Positions 24,916-34,529 of a DNA stretch of 41,701 nt are shown in pieces. The position numbers and the translations under genes are program-made. This DNA comes from Alphaproteobacteria bacterium. GTDB taxonomy: Bacteria > Pseudomonadota > Alphaproteobacteria > JACZXZ01. The stretch lies in NCBI GenBank assembly GCA_035625535.1, contig DASPPM010000037.1, positions 1-41,701 of the forward strand, written 5' to 3'. Within the stretch, counting starts at the first letter, position 1, and the number at the start of each line of letters is the position of its first letter. The notes under the pieces are model-generated. The model ran no database searches, was not told where the DNA came from, and worked only from the letters and a program-made list of their open reading frames with translations.

Positions 24916-25821
24916 TCAAGCGGCGACCTTCTCCGCCTCCTCCTTGATCCAGCGAATCACTTCTTCCACTTCGGAGCGCGGGGCGGAGGAGGCGCGGATC
25001 AGCCAGTAGGCGTTCGACGTGACAGGTCCCGGCTGCGGCATGGTCACTGTCGCCAGACGGCTATCGGCCAGCGCGAGGCCGATCAGTTCGAGACGACCAA
25101 GAGCAACTCCTTGGCCCGCAATGGCTGCGTGGATCGTCTGATCGTACTGGTTGAAGCGAAGCACGGCCTTAGGTTTGAAACCTTTCCAGCCCTGGCTGGC
25201 AAGCCATTCGTCCCAGCGCAGCCAGGGCCGATACTCGCCATCGAACTCCAACAGGATCTGCGCCTCCAGTTCTCGAGGAGAGCGAAGCACAGACAGCCCC
25301 AGAGACGGGTGCGCTACCGGAGCCACGGTCTCTCCGAACAGCCTGATTGCCCTCGCCGGCGCATCCTCGGGCGGACAATACCGGATGGCTAAATCAAGCC
25401 CGTCGTTGCGCAGATCATTCAATTTGTTGCTGGCGGATATCCGCACATCGATGTTCGGATGCTGCTGCAGAAAATCCCCAAGACGGGGCAGCAGCCAGAG
25501 ACCGGCTACGCCTATGCTGGACGTGATGGTCACCGGCCTGGCCGCGAAACCGACACGAATGGCGCCGATGACTTCCTGTAACTGCTTGACGGCCCCATCC
25601 GCGCTGCGGAACAACCGCTCTCCCTCCGTAGTGAAAGAGATGGAGCGGTGACGGCGCACGAGCAATTTCACGCCAAGCATTTCTTCCAGTGTGCGCACCT
25701 GGCGGCTAACTGCCGACTGGGTCAGGCACAGATCGTCGGCCGCAAGAGTAATGCTCATGCGGCGACCGACCGCGACAAAGCCCCGGATTAGGTCGAGGGA
25801 GGCAAGTTGACCAAGCGTCAT
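24916..25821 (-). CDS. LysR-family transcriptional regulator (GcvA-like)
   Basis: The HTH is LIRGFVAVGRRMSITLAADDLCLTQSAVSRQVRTLEEMLGVKLLVRRHR, followed by a full effector domain. The start is the ATG at 25821, or 25848. Confidence 0.9.
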   Translation of the reverse strand: MTLGQLASLDLIRGFVAVGRRMSITLAADDLCLTQSAVSRQVRTLEEMLGVKLLVRRHRSISFTTEGERLFRSADGAVKQLQEVIGAIRVGFAARPVTITSSIGVAGLWLLPRLGDFLQQHPNIDVRISASNKLNDLRNDGLDLAIRYCPPEDAPARAIRLFGETVAPVAHPSLGLSVLRSPRELEAQILLEFDGEYRPWLRWDEWLASQGWKGFKPKAVLRFNQYDQTIHAAIAGQGVALGRLELIGLALADSRLATVTMPQPGPVTSNAYWLIRASSAPRSEVEEVIRWIKEEAEKVAA

Positions 25822-26155
25822 TGACAGTCCGGCTGCCCGTGGCCTCATGTTGCCTCCTCTCTCCGCAGGATACGCGCGACGCGCCCGCCTGCTCGGCGTT
25901 TTCGGCGGAGCATCAGCAGCGCCGCGCGAGCCCGCGCGACAACGCCGAAAATCGCAGGCTGAGCGGGACAAAGGCGATCATGCGATAGCCGCCCTGCGGT
26001 GCTCGATCGCGCGGATCACCGCGATCATATCGGTGCCCCCGAGATCCGGAGCAGGGATCCAACCGCTAAGGGCGCAGCAATGCGGGAACTGTAGCAATGG
26101 GCCTGGCATTCGAATATCATATAGTTATGAAATGTCACTTCAAGGAATCAGAACG

Positions 26156-27094
26156 ATGAGATCCACATTTGACATGAATGCGCTGCGCACGATGGTGGCT
26201 GGCGCCGAGCTGGGGAGTTTCGCCCGTGCCGCATCGCGACTCGGCCGCTCGCAGTCGGCAGTCAGCATGCAGCTGAAAAAGCTTGAGCAGCAGGCTGGGC
26301 GGCCCTTATTCCGCCGGAGCGGGCGCGGACTCGCCCCGACCGAGGCTGGCGATGCGCTCCTCGCCTATGCACGCCGGATCATCGCGTTGAACGATGAGGC
26401 GGCTGCCTCGCTGGGCGCAACGGCCGCGGTCGCCTCAGTGAAGCTCGGGCTCCCTCAAGATTTCGCGGAGGATGTGCTGCCCGACGTCGTCCTGCGATTT
26501 TCGCGCAAATGGCCGCTCGTTCACGTAGAAGCGCACGCAGGGCGCAATTACAGCCTGGAGAACGATGTCCAAACGGGCCGCCTCGACGTCGCGATCGCCT
26601 TCTATCGGCCGGGCTCCGAGAGGCAGGGGACTCGCATCGCTTCGCTGCCGTTGTTGTGGCTCGCCGCGAAAAGACCGGTACGCGGTTCGAGCGACGATTC
26701 GGTTCCCCTCGTGCTGTTCGACCATCCCTGCCTATTCCGACAGACCGCGCTCGAGACGCTCGATGGTCGCGGGCCCAGGTGGCATTTATCCCTCACAACA
26801 CCGAGCCTTCCCGGGATCTGGGCTGCGCTGCGTTCCGGTCTCGGCATTACGATCCGGACAGCGCACCGAGTTCCGCCCGGAGTGCGCGAGGTGCGCCGGG
26901 AACTCGGCCTCCCCCGATTGCCACACATCGACGTGCGCATGCTTGCGGGAAGCGGGCTGTCGCCCGCCGCCTCGGATCTGCGAGACATCCTGGACCAGGT
27001 CGTCCGCGCGCGACTGATCGCGCCCGGCACTAAGTCACGTCGTCGCAATGACGGTTCTCAGCGCGCGGCGCGAACCCTAGAATCGGGAATCTAG
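26156..27094 (+). CDS. LysR-family transcriptional regulator
   Basis: AAGGA lies 9 nt upstream of the ATG at 26156. The HTH is LRTMVAGAELGSFARAASRLGRSQSAVSMQLKKLEQQAGRPLFRR, followed by an effector domain. It is divergent from the other LysR gene. Confidence 0.88.
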   Translation: MRSTFDMNALRTMVAGAELGSFARAASRLGRSQSAVSMQLKKLEQQAGRPLFRRSGRGLAPTEAGDALLAYARRIIALNDEAAASLGATAAVASVKLGLPQDFAEDVLPDVVLRFSRKWPLVHVEAHAGRNYSLENDVQTGRLDVAIAFYRPGSERQGTRIASLPLLWLAAKRPVRGSSDDSVPLVLFDHPCLFRQTALETLDGRGPRWHLSLTTPSLPGIWAALRSGLGITIRTAHRVPPGVREVRRELGLPRLPHIDVRMLAGSGLSPAASDLRDILDQVVRARLIAPGTKSRRRNDGSQRAARTLESGI

Positions 27095-28548
27095 CGCAGC
27101 CGTCCCGGCATCGGCCGTCGCACGAGCGCCGGCCGGCTGGCATTGCGCGGCCGGAAGGCGACGCCGCGCAGCGGCGCTGCCGCTCTTTGCGGCCGCGTCG
27201 CCTCGGCCGCCTCGAGATAGGGCAGCTTGCACAGGATGCCGGCGAACATCCAGAAGTAGATGTTGATGGGATCGATGTCGATCGCATAGCCCTTGATGCT
27301 GTTGATGGCCATGACCATGACGAAGGCCGTGTAGGCCGCCGCCGTCGTCTTGAGCTCGGGCGTGCGCACGAGGCTGCGTCCCCTCAGGCCCACGGCGATC
27401 AGCGCGCCGAACATGGCGAAGATCGCGATGAGCCCGAGAAAGCCCAGCTCCACGATCGATTTGGTGTAATAGCTCTCGATATTGAGCGGCAGGCTGAAGG
27501 ACGGGAGGGACTGGTTGGGAAACGCGTAGCGGGCGGGGCCCGTGTCCGCACCCGTGCCCATGCCGAAAGGAACCAATTCCAAGGCGCGCTCCGGGCTCTC
27601 GAGAACGAATTCCTGGCCGTACCTGCCGGTGAGCTCGCTGGTCACGCCAAGCACCTCAAGGGGCTCGACGCCGCCGAGATCGAGCGCTCCGTAGACGAGA
27701 ACCGGGATCACGACGATGGCGGCCGCGACGCCCTTGAGCCGGCCATCGAGCAGATAAAGGGCGATCACCGTCAGTGGGGTGAAGAGATAGGCTTGTCGGC
27801 TGCCGGCGAGAAAGGAGGCGACGATCACGGTGTAGAAAACCAGGCCGGCGAAGCGCCGCCACTTCCGCGACGGATCGACCCTCCGCGCGACGTAGGACAC
27901 GACGGTCATCGAGAGGAGGAAGCCGTAATATTGCGTCACGAAGGAGAAGGTCGAGGGAATGCGGTAGAACTTGCCGCCGTAGTCGAACTCGCTGAATCCT
28001 TGCGTCGCCTCCTTGGCCGCGGCGCCGTAGAACCATTGCATGGCTTCGCGGTAGCCGATGCTGAGCGAGAGAAACCACTGCAAGAGTCCGACTGCGCTGG
28101 GCAGCAAGGCGAGCACCGTCATCAGGCGCAACAGGCGAACGTGATCCTCCGGCCGGCGGATCATGGCGGCCATGACGTAGATAAGCGGCAGGTAGAAGAG
28201 CCACACCTTCACCCCGATCAATGCCGCCAGCATCACTGTTACGCCGGGATTGAGAGTCTGCCCGAGCACGAGGACGGCGAGGAAACCTAAGGCCGCGCTC
28301 AGCAGTCCCGGCACGTGCCCCGATTTGACCTCGCGCGGATGGAGCAGGAAGAGCGAGACATAGAGCGGGACGACGAAGAGCACGTCCTTGAGGACGAGCG
28401 CCAGCGAATTGTGCCCCGAGAGCAGAATGGGGATGCCCGTGAAGGGTGCCAAGAGCAACAGGCCGTAGACCATGCGCCGCCAATCCAGGACGGCGATGAG
28501 CCACACGCCCAGCAGAAAAACCGCGCCAACCGCGAAGGCGAGAATCAT
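27091..28548 (-). CDS. Wzy / O-antigen-ligase-like polysaccharide polymerase family membrane protein (second copy of this type in the window)
   Basis: A 485-aa polytopic membrane protein. It has a Wzy_C-like core (FLAGSRQAYLFTPLTVIAL) and a periplasmic loop with GMGTGADTG...ESYYTKSIVELGFLGLI. Confidence 0.7.
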   Translation of the reverse strand: MILAFAVGAVFLLGVWLIAVLDWRRMVYGLLLLAPFTGIPILLSGHNSLALVLKDVLFVVPLYVSLFLLHPREVKSGHVPGLLSAALGFLAVLVLGQTLNPGVTVMLAALIGVKVWLFYLPLIYVMAAMIRRPEDHVRLLRLMTVLALLPSAVGLLQWFLSLSIGYREAMQWFYGAAAKEATQGFSEFDYGGKFYRIPSTFSFVTQYYGFLLSMTVVSYVARRVDPSRKWRRFAGLVFYTVIVASFLAGSRQAYLFTPLTVIALYLLDGRLKGVAAAIVVIPVLVYGALDLGGVEPLEVLGVTSELTGRYGQEFVLESPERALELVPFGMGTGADTGPARYAFPNQSLPSFSLPLNIESYYTKSIVELGFLGLIAIFAMFGALIAVGLRGRSLVRTPELKTTAAAYTAFVMVMAINSIKGYAIDIDPINIYFWMFAGILCKLPYLEAAEATRPQRAAAPLRGVAFRPRNASRPALVRRPMPGRLR

Positions 28549-28628
28549 GCAGTACTCTCAGCCCCGGAAAATGCCGGTGAATCCTAACACAACTCGCGCC
28601 GGTGGTGCCAGAAAGCCGCCTCCTCGCC

Positions 28629-29894
28629 TCAGCGCCCGGTAAGGTCGATGCAGTCTCCCTCCGGCGCTTCCGTGCCCTCGAGCATCTGGCGATAGAGCAT
28701 GCCGATGCGCCGCTCGCGCGCGGCCCAGTCGAAGCCGAGGGCGCGTTGCCGCGCGTTCGCCGCGAGTGCCGCTCTCAAGTCCGCATCATCGTGGAGCCGC
28801 CGGATGCGCTCTGCGATCCCCGTCACGTCGCCGACCGGGACGACGAAGCCCTCGATGCCGTCGCTGAGGCCGGTTTGCGCGTGGGCCGTGGCGATCACGG
28901 GAAGGCCGCTGGCAAGCGCCTCGAGCACGACGAAGGGGCCGCCCTCCGAAAGCGAAGGGCAGACGAGGACATCGGCGTCCCGATAGATTTCCGGCAAGCT
29001 CTGCCGCGGCACCTGGCCGAGCCAGCGGGTCCCGGGCGTGCGCTTGAGCTCCGCCGCGACGGCCGCATCCACCACGTGACCCGCCACCCGCAGCTCCGCA
29101 CCCTCGAGGCCGAGCCGGAGCCATGCGCGCAACAGGTGATGGAGGCCCTTGCGGATGCTGATCTGACCCACGAAAAGGACGCGGAAGGGCCGTGGGCCAG
29201 CGGCCTTCGCCGCCGGGCGAAAGCGCTCCACATCGATGCCAAGCGGCACCAGGAAAATGCGGCCGGGTGGGACGCCGAGCCGTCTCAGCTCGGAGACGCT
29301 GTAGGAATTCTGGGCCACGACATAGTCCGCCTCGCGGAGCTCCGCGAGTTGCGCCTTCTCGTCGGCGTCGAGCCAGGCGCTGGGGCGAATGCCTTCGCGC
29401 TCCTCTTCCGCGGCGACGAAGCGAAGACTCGTCGGCGGCAGGGTGACCTCGACGAGCGCCTTCATGCCGCAGCGCTTGGCGGCGGCAAGGCTCGAGAGAC
29501 AGCGCCCGATGTAGCCGTGAAAGATCGTCCATTCGCCGCGCGCCGCGTGACGGCGCAGCCAACCGGACACTAGCCGATCGTGGAAGAGACCGGCGAGACG
29601 GTCGCTGCGGGTCAGTCGCATCGAGAGCTCGGCAAGGGGGAGACCGAAGCTCAGCACGGCCCCCTCGTCGAGCCCCTCGAGCCGCCGCCGCCGGAGCTTC
29701 GCCTCGAGCGGCGCGCGCGTGCCTTGCGGCAGCAGGCCGAGCAGGCTGTAGGGAAGCTTTCCCGGCCGATAATAGAGGCCGGTGATGAGCCGGAACGGCA
29801 GGCCGAGATGCTGGCAAGCGAGCGCCGCGCGATAGGCGACCCCCTGGTCGTGCGTGTGGCTCAGAACGACGCGCGGCTGGCGAGTTGCCGTCAT
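28629..29894 (-). CDS. Glycosyltransferase family 4
   Basis: The GT-B C-terminal domain has FRVLFVGQISIRKGLHHLL and the E-x7-E region LVCPSLSEGGPFVVLEALASGLPVIAT. Confidence 0.85.
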   Translation of the reverse strand: MTATRQPRVVLSHTHDQGVAYRAALACQHLGLPFRLITGLYYRPGKLPYSLLGLLPQGTRAPLEAKLRRRRLEGLDEGAVLSFGLPLAELSMRLTRSDRLAGLFHDRLVSGWLRRHAARGEWTIFHGYIGRCLSSLAAAKRCGMKALVEVTLPPTSLRFVAAEEEREGIRPSAWLDADEKAQLAELREADYVVAQNSYSVSELRRLGVPPGRIFLVPLGIDVERFRPAAKAAGPRPFRVLFVGQISIRKGLHHLLRAWLRLGLEGAELRVAGHVVDAAVAAELKRTPGTRWLGQVPRQSLPEIYRDADVLVCPSLSEGGPFVVLEALASGLPVIATAHAQTGLSDGIEGFVVPVGDVTGIAERIRRLHDDADLRAALAANARQRALGFDWAARERRIGMLYRQMLEGTEAPEGDCIDLTGR

Positions 29895-30088
29895 GGCGTT
29901 TCCGGCTCCTGACCTGGACCGACCATGTCCTTGAGCCGTCCCGCCACAAAGGAAATATCGCTCACCGACGGCGTGAAGAGGGCGAGAGGTGCCACGCCGA
30001 GCTGGCGGCGCGCCGCGAGCACGCCGCCGACGAAATTGGCGAGAAGGACGATGGCCTGCGCGAAGTAAGAGGTGAAGATGTCCTTCAT
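29891..30088 (-). CDS. 65-aa ORF, possibly a remnant of the N-terminus of a Wzx/MOP flippase, or a small membrane protein
   Basis: ATG at 30088; the stop overlaps the GT4 start (ATGA). GC3 is high. MKDIFTSYFAQAIVLLANFVGGVLAARRQLGVAPLALF resembles the first TM helix and the ...laR.Lg...fG.. motif of polysaccharide flippases. This is weak evidence. Confidence 0.3.
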   Translation of the reverse strand: MKDIFTSYFAQAIVLLANFVGGVLAARRQLGVAPLALFTPSVSDISFVAGRLKDMVGPGQEPETP

Positions 30089-30204
30089 CGCCCGTCCGAA
30101 AATTCCCCTCCGATCCAACACCGCTACGGTTTCACCTGGCGTACCATACAGAAGCAGGCCCGAAAAATCGCTCCGCGATGAGAGCGTCAGTCGCTTGCCC
30201 CGCC

Positions 30205-31275
30205 TTAGCCGGGCGGGCCGAGTGCCGAAAGCGCCTCCTCGACGGCTCTCGCGACCTCGGCGGGCGTGATCGAGACAATGCAGGCCTTGCCGTAGCGGCG
30301 GCAGTCGACGCGCTTGCATTCGGCACAGGCCGCCGTCGGGTAGAGCACGCGGTGCCCATGCCCATGGGGAAACCAGACGCCTGGAGGGTTGCGCGCGCTG
30401 AACACCGCAACCACCCGCACGCCGGCGGCGGCCGCGAGATGCATGGGACCGCTGTCATGCCCCATGAAGAGGCGGGCGCGGCGAAGGAGTGCCGCACTCT
30501 CCCTCGGCGCGAGCCGGCCGCAGAGGTCGAGCCGGGGGCCGGGCCAGGCGGCGGCGACGGCTTGCGAAACCTCGGCCTCCTCGGCGGCGCCCAGCGTCGC
30601 GAGGCCGAGTGCGCCATGGCGGCGGCCGAGCTCGGCGAGTGCCGCTTGCCAGTTGGCCTCGCCCCAGTCATTGACCGGGAATTTGGTGCCGATGCCAAGG
30701 GCGAGAAACGCGCCTTTGCCCGGCCAGCCGGCAAGCGCCCGTTCGGCCGCCGTCTCCTCGGCCGGGCCGAGGCGCAGGTCCCAGCTGCCGGGCTCGTCCA
30801 CCGCGGCATCGCCGAGCGGGGCGAGGCAGCGCGCGAGGCGCGACGCCTCCGCCTCCCACAAGCCGTCCGAGAGGGCCTTATGGGTGGCAAGCTCGCGCGA
30901 AAGCGGCGCGCCGACCGTTCGCCCGATCCCGCACAGGCGGAAGAAGGCGAGGTCGCGCCACACGGCGAGGCGGCCGCGCGGTGCCACGAGATAGACGAGA
31001 AGATCGGGCCGCCAGCGCCTGATCTCGGCGCTGAGCGCGAGGAGCGCGCCGGGATCGCGCAGGCCCACCGGGTAGTGAAAGGCGCCATGGACGAGGCCGC
31101 TGCCCTCGAGCACGCTCATCAGCGGAGCCGCCTTTCCTGCAACCGGCAAATTGGTGAGGACCCGGCGCTCGGCATGGGCGAAGTGCCGGGCGATGAGATG
31201 AAAGCACGGCAGCGCGACCACCGTGTCTCCCAGGCTGCCCAAACGATAGACGAGAACGCGCCCCTCGCGGTCCAT
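30205..31275 (-). CDS. Glycosyltransferase family 9 (heptosyltransferase-like)
   Basis: The N-terminus is RVLVYRLGSLGDTVVALPCFHLIARHF. The GT9 C-terminal motif is FMGHDSGPMHLAAAAGVRVVAVFS. The start is the ATG at 31275, or 31302. Confidence 0.85.
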   Translation of the reverse strand: MDREGRVLVYRLGSLGDTVVALPCFHLIARHFAHAERRVLTNLPVAGKAAPLMSVLEGSGLVHGAFHYPVGLRDPGALLALSAEIRRWRPDLLVYLVAPRGRLAVWRDLAFFRLCGIGRTVGAPLSRELATHKALSDGLWEAEASRLARCLAPLGDAAVDEPGSWDLRLGPAEETAAERALAGWPGKGAFLALGIGTKFPVNDWGEANWQAALAELGRRHGALGLATLGAAEEAEVSQAVAAAWPGPRLDLCGRLAPRESAALLRRARLFMGHDSGPMHLAAAAGVRVVAVFSARNPPGVWFPHGHGHRVLYPTAACAECKRVDCRRYGKACIVSITPAEVARAVEEALSALGPPG

Positions 31276-31388
31276 GGCACTCTCTGCGTGAAGCAACTTC
31301 ATATCACAGGCGGCCCCCTCGAGACATCGCGCCGCCGACCCGGGAGCGCGCCTCGACCGAGGCGGTTGCGGCTGTTATGGTCGCGGCG

Positions 31389-32555
31389 ATGAACATCCTC
31401 CACGTCATCGCCTCCTTGGCGCCGGAGACCGGCGGCCCGCCGCGTGCCTGCCTCGGCATGGCGCGCGCCATCGCGCGACGCGGACATCGGGTGACAGTCT
31501 TCTCGACCGATCACGGCCTTGCGCCCGCCCTCCCGCGCGCCCCGATCGAGGAAGAGGGCGTCGCCATCCGCTATTTCCCGCTCGGCTGGCCGCGCGGCCT
31601 CGCCACCTCGTGGCCGATGGCGGCAGCGCTCATGCGCGAGACCGGCGGCTACGACCTCGTCCATCTCCATGCGCTGCACCGCTTTCAGGATTGGGCCGTG
31701 GAGCGCGCCTGCCGCCGCCACCGCAAACCCTACATCATCATGGCGAACGGCATCCTCGATCCCTACATCTTTGGCCGCAAGCGGCTGGTGAAGCGCGCGG
31801 CCGAGCTCCTCTTCCAGGACCGCGCCACGCGGGGCGCCGCCGCCATCCAATATGTAACCGAGCGCGAGAAGGCGGCATCCGCGCCCAACGCCCTCGGTGT
31901 GCCCGGCGTGGTCGTCCCGCTCGGCATCGATGCCGCCGCCTTCGCCACATTGCCGGCACCAGGCGCCTTCCGCTCCCGCCATGCGGAGATCGGCGCGCGC
32001 CCGATCGTGCTCTTCCTCGGGCGGCTGCACGAGAAGAAGGGGATCGACGTGCTGGTGCGCGCCTTTGCCGTCTGCACGCGGCGCGGGCTCGACGCCGTGC
32101 TCGTGATCGCCGGTCCCGATGAGGGGGTGCGGGGCGCGACCGAGCGCCTGGCCGAAGCGGAGGGCATCGCCGCGCGTACGCTCTTGACCGGCATGCTGGG
32201 CGACGACGAGAAGATGCCGCTCCTTGCCGATGCCGACGTCTTCGCGCTCACCTCGCATAGCGAGAATTTCGGCATCGCGGTGGTCGAGGCCATGGCGGCG
32301 GGCCTGCCCGTGCTCGTCTCGGACCGCGTCGATCTGGCGCCAGAGGTAAAGGCGGCGGGTGCGGGCAAGGTGACGCCGGTCGAAGCCGGCGCCGTGGCAG
32401 AGGCGCTCGCGGCGATGCTCGGCGATGCCGCCGGGCGCCGAGCGATGGGGGAGCGCGGCCGCCGCCTCGTCGCCGAACGCTTCACCTGGCCGCAGGTGGG
32501 CGAGGCCCTCGAGCGGCTCTATGCCGAGGTGGCGGCGGGCCGAGCGCTTGACTGA
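31389..32555 (+). CDS. Glycosyltransferase family 4
   Basis: MNILHVIASLAPETGGPPRACLGMARAIARRGHRVTVFS... is followed by IVLFLGRLHEKKGIDVL and FALTSHSENFGIAVVEAMAAGLPVLVS. Confidence 0.88.
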   Translation: MNILHVIASLAPETGGPPRACLGMARAIARRGHRVTVFSTDHGLAPALPRAPIEEEGVAIRYFPLGWPRGLATSWPMAAALMRETGGYDLVHLHALHRFQDWAVERACRRHRKPYIIMANGILDPYIFGRKRLVKRAAELLFQDRATRGAAAIQYVTEREKAASAPNALGVPGVVVPLGIDAAAFATLPAPGAFRSRHAEIGARPIVLFLGRLHEKKGIDVLVRAFAVCTRRGLDAVLVIAGPDEGVRGATERLAEAEGIAARTLLTGMLGDDEKMPLLADADVFALTSHSENFGIAVVEAMAAGLPVLVSDRVDLAPEVKAAGAGKVTPVEAGAVAEALAAMLGDAAGRRAMGERGRRLVAERFTWPQVGEALERLYAEVAAGRALD

Positions 32556-32556
32556 G

Positions 32557-34314
32557 TCAGCCTCGGCGCCGGCGCGAGACGATGAAGTCGCCGAGCACGA
32601 GCATGTCCATCTCCGTGCGCAGGAAGCAATCGATCGCCTCCTCGGGCCGGCAGACCACGGGCTCGTTCTCGTTGAACGAGGTGTTGAGCAGGATCGGCAC
32701 GCCGGTCATGGCGCCGAAGGTGGCGATAAGCCGGTGGTAGCGCGGGTTCGTCTCGCTGCGCACCGTCTGCAGCCGGCCGGAGCCGTCGACGTGGGTGACC
32801 GCCGGGATGAGCGGGCGGCGCTCGGCGCGGATCTGGAACACCTGCATCATGAACGGCACGTCGTCGTCGGTCTCGAACCAGTCCTTGACCGCCTCGCGCA
32901 GGATGGCCGGCGCGAAGGGACGGAAGGACTCGCGGCGCTTGATCTTGGCATTGAGGATGCCCTTCATGTCGCCGCGCCGCGGGTCGCACAGGATCGAGCG
33001 GTTGCCGAGCGCGCGCGGGCCCCACTCCATGCGTCCCTGGAACCAGCCGATCACCTTGCCCTCCGCGATCGCCTGAGCGCTGTCGCGGCAGAGCTGGAAC
33101 TCGCTCTCGGCCGCGGCCACCAGGCAGCCCTTGGCGATCAGCTCCGTCTCGCGCGCAAGGAGCGCCTGGGAGAGGGCCGCATGATCGAAGTGCGGGCCCC
33201 AAAAGGCGTGGTCCATGACGAAGCGGGGACCCTTCTCCTCGAGGCCGGCCAAGGCGACGAGGGCTGCGCCGATAGCGCCGCCTGCGTCGCCGGCGGCGGC
33301 CTGGATATAGGCGTGCTTGAACGGTGTCTCGCGGTAGAGCCGGCCGTTCGCCACCGAATTGAAGCCGCAGCCGCCCGCGATCGCGATGGCGTCGGTCTTG
33401 TGGCGCGCGTGGAGCCGGCGATAGAGGTGGAAGACCGCCTCCTCGAACATCGCCTGCACCGAGCGCGCGATGTCCTGGTGGCGTTTCTCGATGGGAGCGC
33501 TCGGCTCGCGCGCGGGGCCGAGAAGGTCGACGAGGGCGGGGGTGTAGAGCTGACCGACCTCTGGGACGCCGCCCCGCCATTCGTAGGTGATGTTGTCGTT
33601 GTGGTGTCGGAAATAGTCGAGCCCGAGGCGAAAGCTGCCGTCATCCTGCAGCAGGACGAGCTTTCTCATCTCGCCTATGAAGCGGGGCTCGCCGTAGGGT
33701 GCCAGGCCCATTACCTTGTACTCGTCGCCGTAGTAGGGAAAGCCGAGGTACTGGGTCATCGCCTCATAGAAGATGCCAAGCGAGTGCGGGAAGCGCACGC
33801 GCCCCTCGACCGAAAGGCGGTTTTCCCGCCCCACTCCCCAGGCGGCACTCGAGAAATCGCCGAAGCCGTCGACCGAGACCACGACCGCTTCCGTGAAGGG
33901 CGAGACGAGGTAGGCCGAGGCGAGATGCGCCAGATGATGCTCGACGTGGTGCACCTTGGCAGCCAAGGGCTCGGCGGGAAAGGCCTTGGCGAAGGCGGCC
34001 CCGATGCCCGCCCACTCGCGCGCGTTCTTGAGGCGCGAGAGGATGAGCTCCAGGCTCGGACGCTTGATGAGGCTGTAAGAGAGCTTGTGCCAGAGGTTGG
34101 CGCGCGGGTCGCGGTTGATCGCCACATGCTCGATTTGGGCGAGCTTGACGCCGCCCTCGGCAAGACAGTAGCGGATCGCCTCGCTGGGAAAGCCGGCCCA
34201 ATGCTTGACGCGGCGAAAGCGCTCCTCCTCGGCCGCGGCGACGAGCTTGCCGTCGCGGAAGAGGCAGGCGGCGCTGTCGCCATGGTAGGCATTGAGGCCC
34301 AGCACGAGCGTCAT
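32557..34314 (-). CDS. Carbamoyltransferase, NodU/CmcH family
   Basis: Starts at the internal ATG at 34314. MTLVLGLNAYHGDSAACLFRDGKLVAAAEEERFRRVKHWAGFP is the Carbam_trans_N pattern. The C-terminal region is LLNTSFNENEPVVCRPEEAIDCF. Confidence 0.9.
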   Translation of the reverse strand: MTLVLGLNAYHGDSAACLFRDGKLVAAAEEERFRRVKHWAGFPSEAIRYCLAEGGVKLAQIEHVAINRDPRANLWHKLSYSLIKRPSLELILSRLKNAREWAGIGAAFAKAFPAEPLAAKVHHVEHHLAHLASAYLVSPFTEAVVVSVDGFGDFSSAAWGVGRENRLSVEGRVRFPHSLGIFYEAMTQYLGFPYYGDEYKVMGLAPYGEPRFIGEMRKLVLLQDDGSFRLGLDYFRHHNDNITYEWRGGVPEVGQLYTPALVDLLGPAREPSAPIEKRHQDIARSVQAMFEEAVFHLYRRLHARHKTDAIAIAGGCGFNSVANGRLYRETPFKHAYIQAAAGDAGGAIGAALVALAGLEEKGPRFVMDHAFWGPHFDHAALSQALLARETELIAKGCLVAAAESEFQLCRDSAQAIAEGKVIGWFQGRMEWGPRALGNRSILCDPRRGDMKGILNAKIKRRESFRPFAPAILREAVKDWFETDDDVPFMMQVFQIRAERRPLIPAVTHVDGSGRLQTVRSETNPRYHRLIATFGAMTGVPILLNTSFNENEPVVCRPEEAIDCFLRTEMDMLVLGDFIVSRRRRG

Positions 34315-34529
34315 GGGGGTCTCAGCCGCATGCCGAGCGCAAGGTGCCAAAGATCATGCGTTCGCCTGTCCTTATCGCGATCATGGTGAGGACTGCCGGT
34401 AAAATATAGAGGTCGGCTGCGACGGGCAACGCTCGCTCGCCCTCTCCGGAGGCGGCGGCGATGCTTGTCGCGGCAAGGGGCCGCCTCTATCGTGAGCGCC
34501 GCGGCAAAAGCGACGGCCTCGGAGAGCCG

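Noticed and set aside
27091-27094. Overlapping convergent stop codons at CTAG (LysR / Wzy-like) and at TTAA 37236-37239 (hldE / mmcB).
   Set aside because: These are palindromic 4-mers that give stops on both strands, which is a common compaction feature and not evidence of a functional element.
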